A stretch of 34,157 nt of DNA, taken from assembly GCA_944376015.1 (NCBI GenBank), contig CALWBH010000074.1:1-34157 (forward strand), written 5' to 3'. The DNA comes from an uncultured Clostridia bacterium (lineage in GTDB: Bacteria; Bacillota; Clostridia; Christensenellales; Pumilibacteraceae). Shown here piece after piece: positions 7,939-17,273 of the stretch. The number at the start of each line of letters is the position of its first letter. Within the stretch, counting starts at the first letter, position 1. The notes under the pieces are model-generated. The model saw nothing but the letters and a program-made list of their open reading frames with translations. It did not search any database and was not told where the DNA came from. Position numbers and translations under genes: made by a program.

Positions 7939-10900
7939 TGATGAAAAAAATTATGACTAAAAGCAGATTAATATTTGTATTGTTGCTTACTGCGGCAATA
8001 ATAATGTCTATCGTAGCAATAAGCGGAGTTAATAAATTCGCTTTTGCCGACGATGTAGATACTCCTCAAAACTATTTTGACTCGGATTTCGACACGAGAA
8101 ACGAAGTTCTCGATGACGCAAAAGAACTGAATGCCGAAATTTACGGAGAGGGCGTAACGCTTCTTAAAAACGAAGGTAACGCCTTGCCGCTCGGAACAGG
8201 CGCAAAGATCAGCATTTTCGGAAAGAATTCCGTAAACATGATCAACGGCGGTTCGGGCGCGGGCTCGGGCGGAGGCGGAGCGGTCGTTTCGCTTACCGAA
8301 GCGCTTACTTCGGCAGGATTTTCACTTAACCCGAGTTTGATAAATTTTTATAGCAATAATTCGCTTTCGGGCAGCGGGCGCGGCACCGCTCCTTCCAACG
8401 GTAACGTTACCCCGGGTTACAACACCGGAGAAACTCCGGTAAGTATGTATACCGAAGACGTGGAAAGCACTTATGCTCAATATAACGACGCGGCGATAGT
8501 GGTCATCTCGCGTATCAGCGGCGAAGGCTTCGATCTTCCGCGTACAATGAAATGGAACGGCAGCACTTACGGTTCCTGGGGAACGGACGCGACGCAGCTC
8601 GTGCCCGGTGCGCGCAGCGTCGACGACCATTATCTGCAGCTCGATCAGAACGAAAGCGATCTGATAAAATATTGCGGTGAAAATTTCGATAAAGTCATTG
8701 TGCTTCTCAATACCGGGTCGCAGTTCGAAACGGGCTTCCTTGACGATGCGGGGCATTACGGATATCACGAAAACACGAAAGCGGCGCTTTGGATCGGATA
8801 TCCCGGAAGCACGGGTCTCAATGCGCTTGCGAAGATCCTTAAAGGCGAAATAAATCCCAGCGGTAAGACCGTCGATACATGGGCGCGTGATTTCAAAGCG
8901 GATCCCGTTTGGAAAAATCATGCCAACAATATGATGGAAGGGGATGCATCGCTTAAAGGCAATCAGTATGAAAATCTTCCTGCGAGCGGCGGCAACGGCG
9001 GCGGTGGTTATCGTAACAATTACGTAACTTATAAAGAAGGCATTTACATGGGATACCGGTACTACGAAACCCGCGGTTACGAGGAAGGATTCGATACGCC
9101 TTATACGGGAAGTCTCGAATGCGGAACCGAAACCACCGAGTGGGACAGCTGGTATGACGCACACGTCGTTTATCCCTTCGGTCACGGATTGTCGTACACT
9201 TCGTTCAGTCAGGAATTGATAAGCTCCGAACCCGCCGACGCAAGCACTCTCGGCGAAAACGATACCGTAAAATTTACGGTAAAAGTCACTAACACGGGTG
9301 TCGTTGCGGGCAAGGACGTCGTTCAGGTTTATTACACCGCGCCCTACATATCGGGCGAAGTGGAAAAAGCGCACGTTGTGCTCGGCGGTTTTGAAAAGAC
9401 TAAATTGCTCGCTCCGGAAGAAAGCGAAACTGTAACCGTCGAAATTAAAGTGCGCGATATGGCTTCCTATGACTGGAACGACGACAATACAAACGATCAT
9501 AAGGGTTATGAGCTCGATGCGGGCGAGTATAAAGTTCGTCTTATGCGCAACGCTCACGACGAGATCGCAAGCGTAACGTACAACATAACAAACGATATAA
9601 AATACTCTACCGACGGCGCTACGGGAAATTCCGTCGAAAACCGCTTTGACGAAGTGAGCGAGTATATTCCTTCGTACTCGGAATATATGTCCCGTACCGA
9701 TTTCGAAGGCACTTTCCCCACAACGGACTATAAGCTTAACGCGCCCGAATGGGTGATCAACGGGCTTAAAGAATGGGATAACCGCGATGTTTCCAAAGAC
9801 GAGGAGCAGCCTTATTATACCGATGAAATGCCTACGATGGGGGTTGACAGCGGACTTGTTCTCGAAGATATGATAGGGGTTGCATACGATAATCCCAAAT
9901 GGGATACGTTTATGGATCAGCTCACCAAAGATCAGATGTTCGGTATCGTTCAGAACGGTTCTTATAATTCCGGTCAAAATATTCCTGCGCTCGGTATAAC
10001 CCGTGTTTGCAATGCGGACGGACCTGCAGGCTTTATATACGGAGCTCCGAGCGGATCTTATTCTTTCTGGTGCTGCGATACGGTGCTTGCTTCCACCTGG
10101 AATAAACAGCTTGCTTACGAAAAGGGACGTTCGATGGGTAACGAAGCGCTTTGGGGTAACGGTACCGCAGGTTCGCGTATTCCCGGCTGGTATGCCCCCG
10201 CCGTCAACATCCACAGATCTCCGTTCTCGGGCAGAAACTTCGAATATTACAGCGAAGACGGTTATCTTACGGGAATGATGAGCGCTAACGTCGTCATAGG
10301 CGCGCAGGATAAAGGTTTGTTCTGTTACGTCAAGCATTTCGGTATTAACGATCAGGAAACCAACAGATGCGGAGTTCTTACTTGGGCGGACGAACAGACG
10401 ATGAGAGAAATTTATTTCAAGCCCTTCGAGCTTTGCGTAAAAGTGGGAGAAACTCTCGGTATTATGAGCTCGCTCAATCGTATAGGTTATACCTGGACGG
10501 GCGGAAGTTATGAGCTTTTGACCGAGTTGCTTCGTAACGAGTGGGGCTTTAACGGCTGCGTCGTTACAGACTCTTATATAGGCGACGGTTCGGGATTGTC
10601 CAATATAGATCAGATGGTCAGAGCCGGCGGAAATCTCGCGCTCGGCGTAGGTACGCTTAGTTACAACAAAGACAGCGCGACCGCCGTTACCGCAGTTCGC
10701 AACGCGGTGCAAGGTTTGCTTTATGCGCATGCAAACAGTATGGCAATGAACGAGCTTTCTTATCCTACCGCGCCTAAGCCTTTGGCGTCTTTCGACGGGA
10801 AAACTTTGAAAGTGGCTGTCATGGGAGCGGCTTATAGCGAAAGCGTGGCTACCGCGTTAATAAACGACGAGCTTTATCCCGACGTACCCGACAGCGAAAT

Positions 10901-12014
10901 AGCATATTCCGTAGCGGTAGGAAGCACGCTTCCGAAAGGGCTTACGCTTTCGGCAGACGGAATTTTGTCGGGTGTGCCCGAAGAAGAACTTAATAATTAT
11001 CGGTTTACGTTAGCTGCAACCTATGCCGATTATACGAAAACAGCAGATTTCATCATTAGCGTCATAAACAGCTCGGGTTCGATAATCTACGAAGCGGAAA
11101 CCGATCTCGGAAACGTTACGATAGGCGAGACCTGCGAAGTTTCCGTGGCGTATGCGCGTATATATAAACCCGACGCTACGCAGGAAGAAATAGACAGATA
11201 TCCCGCCGTGACGTATTCGCTCAAAGACGCAAGTCTTCTTCCCGAAGGTCTTACGCTCGGCAGCGACGGCAAAATAACGGGAACGCCGACAAAGGAATGC
11301 GAAAATTACTCGTTTACCGTGCTTGCGAGCGCGCTCGGCTACAAAGATACCGAACTGACGTTCACGATAGACGTTTACAACTCGATGGAATTTACTTCCA
11401 AAACGTTGCAAACGGGTAAATTCGGCGTCGGCTATCTCGACCGAGTGAACGTAGCGGATACGGTAGGAGACGTAACGTATACGCTCAAAGAAGGAAGCGA
11501 GCTTCCCGACGGATTGTCGCTTACCGCGGACGGATATATAGTAGGTACGCCCAAAGAAACGGTCACCGATCATAAATTCACCGTAGTGGCAAGCACTCCT
11601 TTCGCTGAAGCGCAGGAAGCGGAATACAGCATTTCGATAGGGCTTGCTTTCAACAGCATCAAGCTTCCGGACGGCGAATCGGGCAAGGAGTATTCGGCGA
11701 GAGTGGATACCGCTCAAGGCGCGGGCAACGTCACATACGCGCTTAAAGACGGCAGCAGCCTTCCCGAACGGCTTACGCTTTCCGCCGACGGCGTCATAAG
11801 CGGCACAACCAAAGCCGGCGTATATGAAGTGACGGTGATCGCAAGCGCCGACGGCAAAGTGTCCGACGAAATAACGCTTACGCTTTATATCGCCAACAAG
11901 CAGGGCGGTTGCGGCAGCTCCGTGGAAACGACGGGAGCGTTTATCTCCGCATTCCTTACCCTGGCGGCGATTGCGGCGGTACTCGTCGTACGCAAACTTA
12001 CGGTCAAAAAATAA
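7935..12014 (+). CDS. glycoside hydrolase family 3, domain-permuted, with four C-terminal Ig-like modules and a C-terminal TM anchor
   Basis: Signal peptide (...KFAFA/DD). The GH3 C-domain motifs come first (VTLLKNEGNALPL, SGEGFDLPRT, INPSGKTVDT), then the Fn3-like domain (PFGHGLSYTSF...VVQVYY). The GH3 N-domain follows (VKHFGINDQE, WGFNGCVVTDS). Then come 4 x LP.GL(T/S)L(S/T)ADG.I.G(T/V)P modules and a hydrophobic tail plus KK. The ATGA overlaps the upstream stop. Confidence 0.9.
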   Translation: MMMKKIMTKSRLIFVLLLTAAIIMSIVAISGVNKFAFADDVDTPQNYFDSDFDTRNEVLDDAKELNAEIYGEGVTLLKNEGNALPLGTGAKISIFGKNSVNMINGGSGAGSGGGGAVVSLTEALTSAGFSLNPSLINFYSNNSLSGSGRGTAPSNGNVTPGYNTGETPVSMYTEDVESTYAQYNDAAIVVISRISGEGFDLPRTMKWNGSTYGSWGTDATQLVPGARSVDDHYLQLDQNESDLIKYCGENFDKVIVLLNTGSQFETGFLDDAGHYGYHENTKAALWIGYPGSTGLNALAKILKGEINPSGKTVDTWARDFKADPVWKNHANNMMEGDASLKGNQYENLPASGGNGGGGYRNNYVTYKEGIYMGYRYYETRGYEEGFDTPYTGSLECGTETTEWDSWYDAHVVYPFGHGLSYTSFSQELISSEPADASTLGENDTVKFTVKVTNTGVVAGKDVVQVYYTAPYISGEVEKAHVVLGGFEKTKLLAPEESETVTVEIKVRDMASYDWNDDNTNDHKGYELDAGEYKVRLMRNAHDEIASVTYNITNDIKYSTDGATGNSVENRFDEVSEYIPSYSEYMSRTDFEGTFPTTDYKLNAPEWVINGLKEWDNRDVSKDEEQPYYTDEMPTMGVDSGLVLEDMIGVAYDNPKWDTFMDQLTKDQMFGIVQNGSYNSGQNIPALGITRVCNADGPAGFIYGAPSGSYSFWCCDTVLASTWNKQLAYEKGRSMGNEALWGNGTAGSRIPGWYAPAVNIHRSPFSGRNFEYYSEDGYLTGMMSANVVIGAQDKGLFCYVKHFGINDQETNRCGVLTWADEQTMREIYFKPFELCVKVGETLGIMSSLNRIGYTWTGGSYELLTELLRNEWGFNGCVVTDSYIGDGSGLSNIDQMVRAGGNLALGVGTLSYNKDSATAVTAVRNAVQGLLYAHANSMAMNELSYPTAPKPLASFDGKTLKVAVMGAAYSESVATALINDELYPDVPDSEIAYSVAVGSTLPKGLTLSADGILSGVPEEELNNYRFTLAATYADYTKTADFIISVINSSGSIIYEAETDLGNVTIGETCEVSVAYARIYKPDATQEEIDRYPAVTYSLKDASLLPEGLTLGSDGKITGTPTKECENYSFTVLASALGYKDTELTFTIDVYNSMEFTSKTLQTGKFGVGYLDRVNVADTVGDVTYTLKEGSELPDGLSLTADGYIVGTPKETVTDHKFTVVASTPFAEAQEAEYSISIGLAFNSIKLPDGESGKEYSARVDTAQGAGNVTYALKDGSSLPERLTLSADGVISGTTKAGVYEVTVIASADGKVSDEITLTLYIANKQGGCGSSVETTGAFISAFLTLAAIAAVLVVRKLTVKK
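10780..11890 (+). repeat. four tandem ~85-100-aa Ig-like (He_PIG / 'putative Ig'-type) modules inside the GH3 CDS
   Basis: Recurring peptide core: YSVAVGSTLPKGLTLSADGILSGVP, YSLKDASLLPEGLTLGSDGKITGTP, YTLKEGSELPDGLSLTADGYIVGTP, YALKDGSSLPERLTLSADGVISGTT. Module boundaries are approximate. Confidence 0.7.
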
Positions 12015-12029
12015 AGGAGAAACGAAAAG

Positions 12030-14987
12030 ATGGTCGGTAAACGTAAAGTACTTCGAGTGTGGGCAATAATTATCGGCGCGCTTCTCGGATTAATATTCGT
12101 TCTGACGATGATAATGACGCAGAACAAGTTTATCTACAATACGATAAACTCTATGCTCGGCGGCGAACGGCGGTATCTTAAAAGCGGAGATCCCGCGGAG
12201 TATCAGTATTATTCGACTGAATACAAATCTAAAAAAGACGTGCTCAACGCCGCGGCGGAGCTTAACGAGCGTATAAGCGGAGAAGGTATCGTGCTTCTGA
12301 AAAACGAAAACGATACTCTCCCGCTTGACGCGGGATCGAAAATCACCGTGTTCGGCAGAAACTCGGTCGACGCCGTACTCGGAGGGTCCGGTTCCAATCA
12401 GGGCGATACCTCCAATGCCGTTAACGATGTGAATTTGAGTCTGCAAAAAGCGGGTTTCTATTACAACGACAAGATAAGAGAGCATTATAAATCGGTAAAA
12501 CTGACGCGTCCGGAAGTAGCGATGGGTTCGGTATTGACGGGTTACCCGATATGCGAAGCGCCCCTGCCTTATCCGCAGACGGTGACCGACAGCTATGCGT
12601 CGTACGGTGACGCCGCGATAGTGTTCATATCCCGCGAGGGCGGCGAAGGCTTCGACCTTCCGCGCACTATGTTCTGGGACGGCAGCGGTTACAGAAACTG
12701 GAATCCGAAAGAGAAAATAGCGGTCAGCGGAGCGAGAAGCGTCGACGATCATTATCTGCAACTCGACAAGAACGAAACGGACATGATAAATGAAGCGTGC
12801 GCCAACTTCGACGAAGTCATACTCGTCGTAAACAGCGCTTCGCCCGTGGAACTCGGTTTTCTCGACGATCCTACGCATTACGCGTACAGCGACAAGATAA
12901 AAGCCGCTTTGTGGCTCGGACATCCCGGTTCGAACGGTATAGACGCTCTCGGTAAAGTGCTCAGCGGGGAAATAAACCCTTCGGGCAGAACGGTGGACAC
13001 TCTTGTACGCGACTTTAAAAAAGATCCCGCATGGGAGAATTTCGGCAATTATCTCTCCGAAAAAGGCAACCGTTATACTTTCGAAGGCGCGGACAGAAAC
13101 GCGTATTTCATAGAATACCGCGAAGGCATTTATGTGGGCTATCGTTATTGGGAGACCATGGCGGAGGAGCTTAATAGCAAAGACGGTTCGGGCGAGACGT
13201 GGTATAAAGACAACGTCGTTTACCCCTTCGGTTACGGTATGTCTTATTCGGATTTCGAATGGACGGTGAATCCCGTTACCCCCGTCGATACGCCGCTTGC
13301 CGAAGACGGCAGGATAGAAATAGAAGTTACGGTTAAAAACAACGGACCCTATGACGGTAAAGACGTCGTTCAGCTCTACTACACCGCGCCGTACACGCCC
13401 GGCGAAATAGAAAAAGCCCACGTCGTACTCGGCGATTTTGTCAAGACGGACGAACTCGTCGTGGGCGAAAGCAAAACTTACACGCTTTCCGTTGACGTAC
13501 GCGATATGGCTTCCTACGATTATGCGGGCAAAAACGATAACGACTACAAGGGTTACGAGCTTGACGCGGGCATATATACCGTCGGTATAATGAAGAACGC
13601 GCACGAGACGGTACAGACATTCGATTATCTGCTGTCCGACGACGTTTATTACGAGTACTCGGACGTTAACGAAAAGCAGAAGGTGGAAAACCTTTTCGAC
13701 GACGTGAGCGGACATATCGAAGAATATCTTTCCCGTGAGAACGCGTTTGCGAATTACGATTGTATCAAAGGCGCGGACAGTGCGGAAAACCGCGAAGTAA
13801 CCAACGAGTTTATAAAGAGCTGGACTTATGTGCTCGACGATGACGAAAACGATCCGTGGTACGCGAAAACCGCTCCCAATCAGAGTAAGAGCGAATTGTC
13901 TTATAAAAAAGCCGAGATCAAATTACACGACCTTATAGGCAAAGAATACGATAATCCGCTTTGGGACGAACTGCTCGATCAGCTTACCGTCGATCAGATG
14001 ATTCCCGTTATATCGACGGGCAACTACCGTACTTTGCAGATAGAAAATATCGGTAAGCCTATGACGATAGACTCCGACGGTCCCATGGGCTTCGCAAGCT
14101 ATATGGGCGACGGCGCCGTTTACGATACCTATTACTACGCTTCCGAAGCGGTACTCGGCGCGACGTGGAACACGGAGCTTGCGGAAGAATTCGGCGTAAT
14201 GATAGGCAACGAAAGTCTCGTGGGCAATCTGGACGGAGACGGCAGGACGTATTCCGGGTGGTACGCGCCCGCAATGAATTTGCACCGCAGTCAGTTCGGC
14301 GGACGCAACTTCGAGTATTACAGCGAAGACTCTCTTATATCGGGCAAAATGGCGGCTGCCGTCGTTAAAGGCGCGAAGAGCAAAGGCGTTTACACTTATG
14401 CCAAGCATTTCGCGCTCAACGATCAGGAGACTAAGCGCGACGAAACGGGATTGCTTACCTGGGCGAACGAGCAGGCGATGCGCGAGCTTTATTTCCGTCC
14501 TTTCGAAATATGCGTGAAAGAAGGTAAAACCACGGCGATGATGAGTTCGTTCAACCGTATAGGCGTCGAATGGGCGGGCGGAAGCTACAGATTGCTCACT
14601 ACCGTACTGCGCGACGAATGGGGATTCGAAGGCATGGTAATAACCGACTTCAATCTTAAAACGTATATGAACGTCGATCAGATGCTCAGAGCGGGCGGAG
14701 ACATAAATCTGAGTCCCAGCGGCAAACCTTCGTCTACGAAGACGGCAACCGATATTTCCGTGATGAGACGGGCGGTGAAAAACATACTTTTCACGGTCGC
14801 GAACAGTAACGCCATGAACGGCAGCGGTCCCAACGTTGTGTGGGGGTATGCGCTTCCTTATTGGGTGATATGGGTAATATTGGCGAACGTATTCCTGCTT
14901 TTACTCACCGGAACGCTTGTAACATTGGCATTCTTAAGCAATCGCAAATATAAAAAATCAATCGGAAAACAAATAACGGAGGAATAA
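12030..14987 (+). CDS. glycoside hydrolase family 3, domain-permuted paralogue with N- and C-terminal TM segments
   Basis: Same motif order as the preceding gene: IVLLKNENDTLPL, GGEGFDLPRT, INPSGRTVDT, PFGYGMSYSDF, AKHFALNDQE, WGFEGMVITDF. N-terminal signal-anchor and C-terminal helix (PYWVIWVILANVFLLLLTGTLVTLAFL) followed by NRKYKK. RBS AAGGAG. Confidence 0.9.
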   Translation: MVGKRKVLRVWAIIIGALLGLIFVLTMIMTQNKFIYNTINSMLGGERRYLKSGDPAEYQYYSTEYKSKKDVLNAAAELNERISGEGIVLLKNENDTLPLDAGSKITVFGRNSVDAVLGGSGSNQGDTSNAVNDVNLSLQKAGFYYNDKIREHYKSVKLTRPEVAMGSVLTGYPICEAPLPYPQTVTDSYASYGDAAIVFISREGGEGFDLPRTMFWDGSGYRNWNPKEKIAVSGARSVDDHYLQLDKNETDMINEACANFDEVILVVNSASPVELGFLDDPTHYAYSDKIKAALWLGHPGSNGIDALGKVLSGEINPSGRTVDTLVRDFKKDPAWENFGNYLSEKGNRYTFEGADRNAYFIEYREGIYVGYRYWETMAEELNSKDGSGETWYKDNVVYPFGYGMSYSDFEWTVNPVTPVDTPLAEDGRIEIEVTVKNNGPYDGKDVVQLYYTAPYTPGEIEKAHVVLGDFVKTDELVVGESKTYTLSVDVRDMASYDYAGKNDNDYKGYELDAGIYTVGIMKNAHETVQTFDYLLSDDVYYEYSDVNEKQKVENLFDDVSGHIEEYLSRENAFANYDCIKGADSAENREVTNEFIKSWTYVLDDDENDPWYAKTAPNQSKSELSYKKAEIKLHDLIGKEYDNPLWDELLDQLTVDQMIPVISTGNYRTLQIENIGKPMTIDSDGPMGFASYMGDGAVYDTYYYASEAVLGATWNTELAEEFGVMIGNESLVGNLDGDGRTYSGWYAPAMNLHRSQFGGRNFEYYSEDSLISGKMAAAVVKGAKSKGVYTYAKHFALNDQETKRDETGLLTWANEQAMRELYFRPFEICVKEGKTTAMMSSFNRIGVEWAGGSYRLLTTVLRDEWGFEGMVITDFNLKTYMNVDQMLRAGGDINLSPSGKPSSTKTATDISVMRRAVKNILFTVANSNAMNGSGPNVVWGYALPYWVIWVILANVFLLLLTGTLVTLAFLSNRKYKKSIGKQITEE

Positions 14988-14989
14988 AA

Positions 14990-15631
14990 ATGAAAATCAA
15001 AAAATTTATTTGTATCGCGTTATGCGTTGCGGCAATCGCGGCAATGTTCGCTTTCATCGCGTGCGGAGAAGAGAGCGGCGGCAAGAACACTCTCGTGATC
15101 GAAGCGGAATACGTGAATCTTGACGACGTCAAGGGATCCGGACTCTCCAACGATCAGTCCGGCGTGAATATGATATACGGCAAGGGAACGCAGGAAGAAA
15201 AGGATAAAGGTTGGAGCAACGGATATTACGTAGGCTATACCTATACTTCGGAATGCTCCATAGATTTCGAATTTACTTCCGATTCGGCGGCAACCGCGTC
15301 GATGATCGTTCGTTTCGGCTCGGAGCTCGGCAACCTGACGATAACGCCCGACGATGTTCAAATTTCACTTAACGGCAAAGTCATAAATTACGGAAGCATT
15401 TATGTGGAAGGCTCTGACGGAATGGATAACATGAAGTTTTCGGACAAAACGGTTTCTTCTTCCGAAACGCTCGTTGCAGGCAAAAACGTGGTAAATATAA
15501 AAATATTGCCTAACGATCTGCGCGGTAGCAGTACGGGCGGACCTACCATAGATTACGTCAAGATCGAATCGGACGCAAAGCTGTCCTACGAGCCTAAAAC
15601 GGATAACCCTTCGCGAGTAGGAGAAATGTAA
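14990..15631 (+). CDS. lipoprotein with CBM6/CBM35-like carbohydrate-binding module
   Basis: Lipobox FIA-C and RBS GGAGGA. The pattern LVIEAEYV...GYYVGY...FEFTS...ISLNGK...LVAGKNVVNIK...PTIDYVKIE is typical of CBM6/35-type beta-sandwiches. Confidence 0.7.
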   Translation: MKIKKFICIALCVAAIAAMFAFIACGEESGGKNTLVIEAEYVNLDDVKGSGLSNDQSGVNMIYGKGTQEEKDKGWSNGYYVGYTYTSECSIDFEFTSDSAATASMIVRFGSELGNLTITPDDVQISLNGKVINYGSIYVEGSDGMDNMKFSDKTVSSSETLVAGKNVVNIKILPNDLRGSSTGGPTIDYVKIESDAKLSYEPKTDNPSRVGEM

Positions 15632-15678
15632 CCGTAGTCGGATCGAATCTTACTCGGTTATACCGGAATCAAGTAAAG

Positions 15679-15711
15679 GAGAAAAACCGCTTTTCGCGGT
15701 TTTTCTCTTTT
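15679..15711 (+). terminator. intrinsic terminator of the GH3 operon
   Basis: GAGAAAAACCGC-TTTTC-GCGGTTTTTCTC followed by TTTT. Confidence 0.8.
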
Positions 15712-15738
15712 GTGCGCTTTTCGGTGATGTATATTCCG

Positions 15739-15767
15739 TTGACAAAAAATCAAATAAGTATTACAAT
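15739..15767 (+). promoter_or_regulatory. sigma-70-type promoter of the alcohol dehydrogenase gene
   Basis: TTGACA (15739-15744), 17-nt spacer, TACAAT (15762-15767). It leaves a leader of about 145 nt. Confidence 0.55.
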
Positions 15768-15918
15768 ATCTATATATTCGGGCGGCGGACGCGCTTTCCC
15801 GATTGCGGCGGGTCGCTTTTATATATTATATACATTATATATTATATTTAAGGTTATGACCGCGCGGCGGGGGAAAGTCCGTTGAACGGATAAATAGTAA
15901 AATACAGGGAGAAGTTTT

Positions 15919-17130
15919 ATGGGACGTTTTACACTGCCCCGTGATCTGTATCACGGCAAAGGAGCTCTTGCGGAGCTCAAAAATCTCAAAGGTAAAAGAG
16001 CTATTCTCGTTCTCGGCGGCGGAAGCATGAAAAGAGCGGGATTCGTCGACCGCGCCGTCGGCTATCTGAAAGAAGCCGGAATGGAAGTCAAGCTTTTCGA
16101 GAATGTCGAACCCGATCCTTCGGTCGAGACCGTTATGAAGGGCGCCGCTATGATGCGCGAATTCCAGCCCGACTGGATAGTTTCCATGGGCGGCGGTTCG
16201 CCTATCGACGCGGCGAAAGCCATGTGGGTGTTCTACGAATATCCCGATACGAGTTTCGAGGCTATAATTCAGCCGTTCTCGTTCCCCGAGCTCCGTCAGA
16301 AAGCGAAGTTCTGCGCGATCCCGTCCACTTCGGGAACCGCTACCGAGGTCACCGCGTTCTCGGTCATCACCGATTATGCAAAGGGTATCAAATATCCGCT
16401 CGCCGATTTCAACATCACCCCCGACGTGGCTATCGTCGATCCCGAGCTTGCGGAAACCATGCCTGCCAAGCTCACCGCTCACACGGGTATGGACGCCATG
16501 ACGCACGCTATCGAAGCGTACGTTTCCACCGTTCATTGCAACTATACCGACCCGCTTGCGCTCCACGCCATCAAGATGATCCACGAAAATCTCAAGAAGT
16601 CTTACGACGGAGACATGGCGGCGCGCGACGCTATGCACGACGCTCAGTGCCTTGCCGGTATGGCGTTCTCCAACGCTCTGCTCGGTATCGTTCACTCTAT
16701 GGCGCATAAGACGGGCGCGGCGTTCAGCGGCGGTCATATAATCCACGGCGCGGCAAACGCTATGTACCTTCCCAAAGTCATCAAATACAATTCCAAGAAC
16801 GCGGAAGCTGCGGAACGTTACGCATACATCGCTAAGTTCATCGGACTCGAAGGCAAAACCACCGCGGAGCTCGTCGACGCGCTCATCAAGGAGCTTCGTC
16901 ACATGAACGATATGCTCAACATTCCTCAGTCCATTAAGAATTACGGCGAAGGCGGCGTAAAGGCGGACAAGAGTATTATCGACGAAAAAGAATTCAACGA
17001 TAAGCTCTCCACCGTCGCAACGCTCGCTATCGGCGACGCCTGCACGGGTTCCAATCCCCGTCAGCCTTCTCAGGAAGATATGGAAAGACTTCTCCTTGCC
17101 GTATATTACGATAAGGACATCGATTTCTGA
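15919..17130 (+). CDS. iron-containing (group III) alcohol dehydrogenase
   Basis: 403 aa with GGGSPIDAAKAMW, the metal-ligand His region (AHTGMDAMTHAIEAY; HSMAHKTG) and a typical Fe-ADH N-terminus. RBS GGGAGAAG. Confidence 0.9.
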   Translation: MGRFTLPRDLYHGKGALAELKNLKGKRAILVLGGGSMKRAGFVDRAVGYLKEAGMEVKLFENVEPDPSVETVMKGAAMMREFQPDWIVSMGGGSPIDAAKAMWVFYEYPDTSFEAIIQPFSFPELRQKAKFCAIPSTSGTATEVTAFSVITDYAKGIKYPLADFNITPDVAIVDPELAETMPAKLTAHTGMDAMTHAIEAYVSTVHCNYTDPLALHAIKMIHENLKKSYDGDMAARDAMHDAQCLAGMAFSNALLGIVHSMAHKTGAAFSGGHIIHGAANAMYLPKVIKYNSKNAEAAERYAYIAKFIGLEGKTTAELVDALIKELRHMNDMLNIPQSIKNYGEGGVKADKSIIDEKEFNDKLSTVATLAIGDACTGSNPRQPSQEDMERLLLAVYYDKDIDF

Positions 17131-17153
17131 GTTTTTCGGTAAAACAAACAATC

Positions 17154-17189
17154 AAAAACTCCTTTTCCCGTCGGGAAAAGGAGTTTTTT
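17154..17189 (+). terminator. intrinsic terminator
   Basis: AAAAACTCCTTTTCCC-GTC-GGGAAAAGGAGTTTTT: a 16-bp stem that includes the A/T tracts. Confidence 0.85.
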
Positions 17190-17200
17190 CTTTTTAGGTA

Positions 17201-17229
17201 TTGATTTTTTCATGCGGATATGTTATATA
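17201..17229 (+). promoter_or_regulatory. sigma-70-type promoter
   Basis: TTGATT (17201-17206), 17-nt spacer, TATATA (17224-17229). Confidence 0.5.
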
Positions 17230-17273
17230 TAAACGGTAAACTTTGATTTTCCAAAACAAGGAGGAGCCGGATA

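Noticed and set aside
8322-10730. 802-aa minus-strand ORF. Similar long antisense ORFs lie at 12090-13715, 15835-17151, 19327-20601, 21736-22722(+), 22730-23509(+), 23772-25031, 29829-30701, 30702-31481 and 31737-32558.
   Set aside because: Each lies entirely antisense to a gene with clear family motifs (GH3, Fe-ADH, malic enzyme, SufBD, SufC, HsdM, HsdR). Their translations are low-complexity and Arg/Val/Phe-rich with no recognisable motifs or RBS. These are typical shadow ORFs of moderately GC-rich coding DNA.
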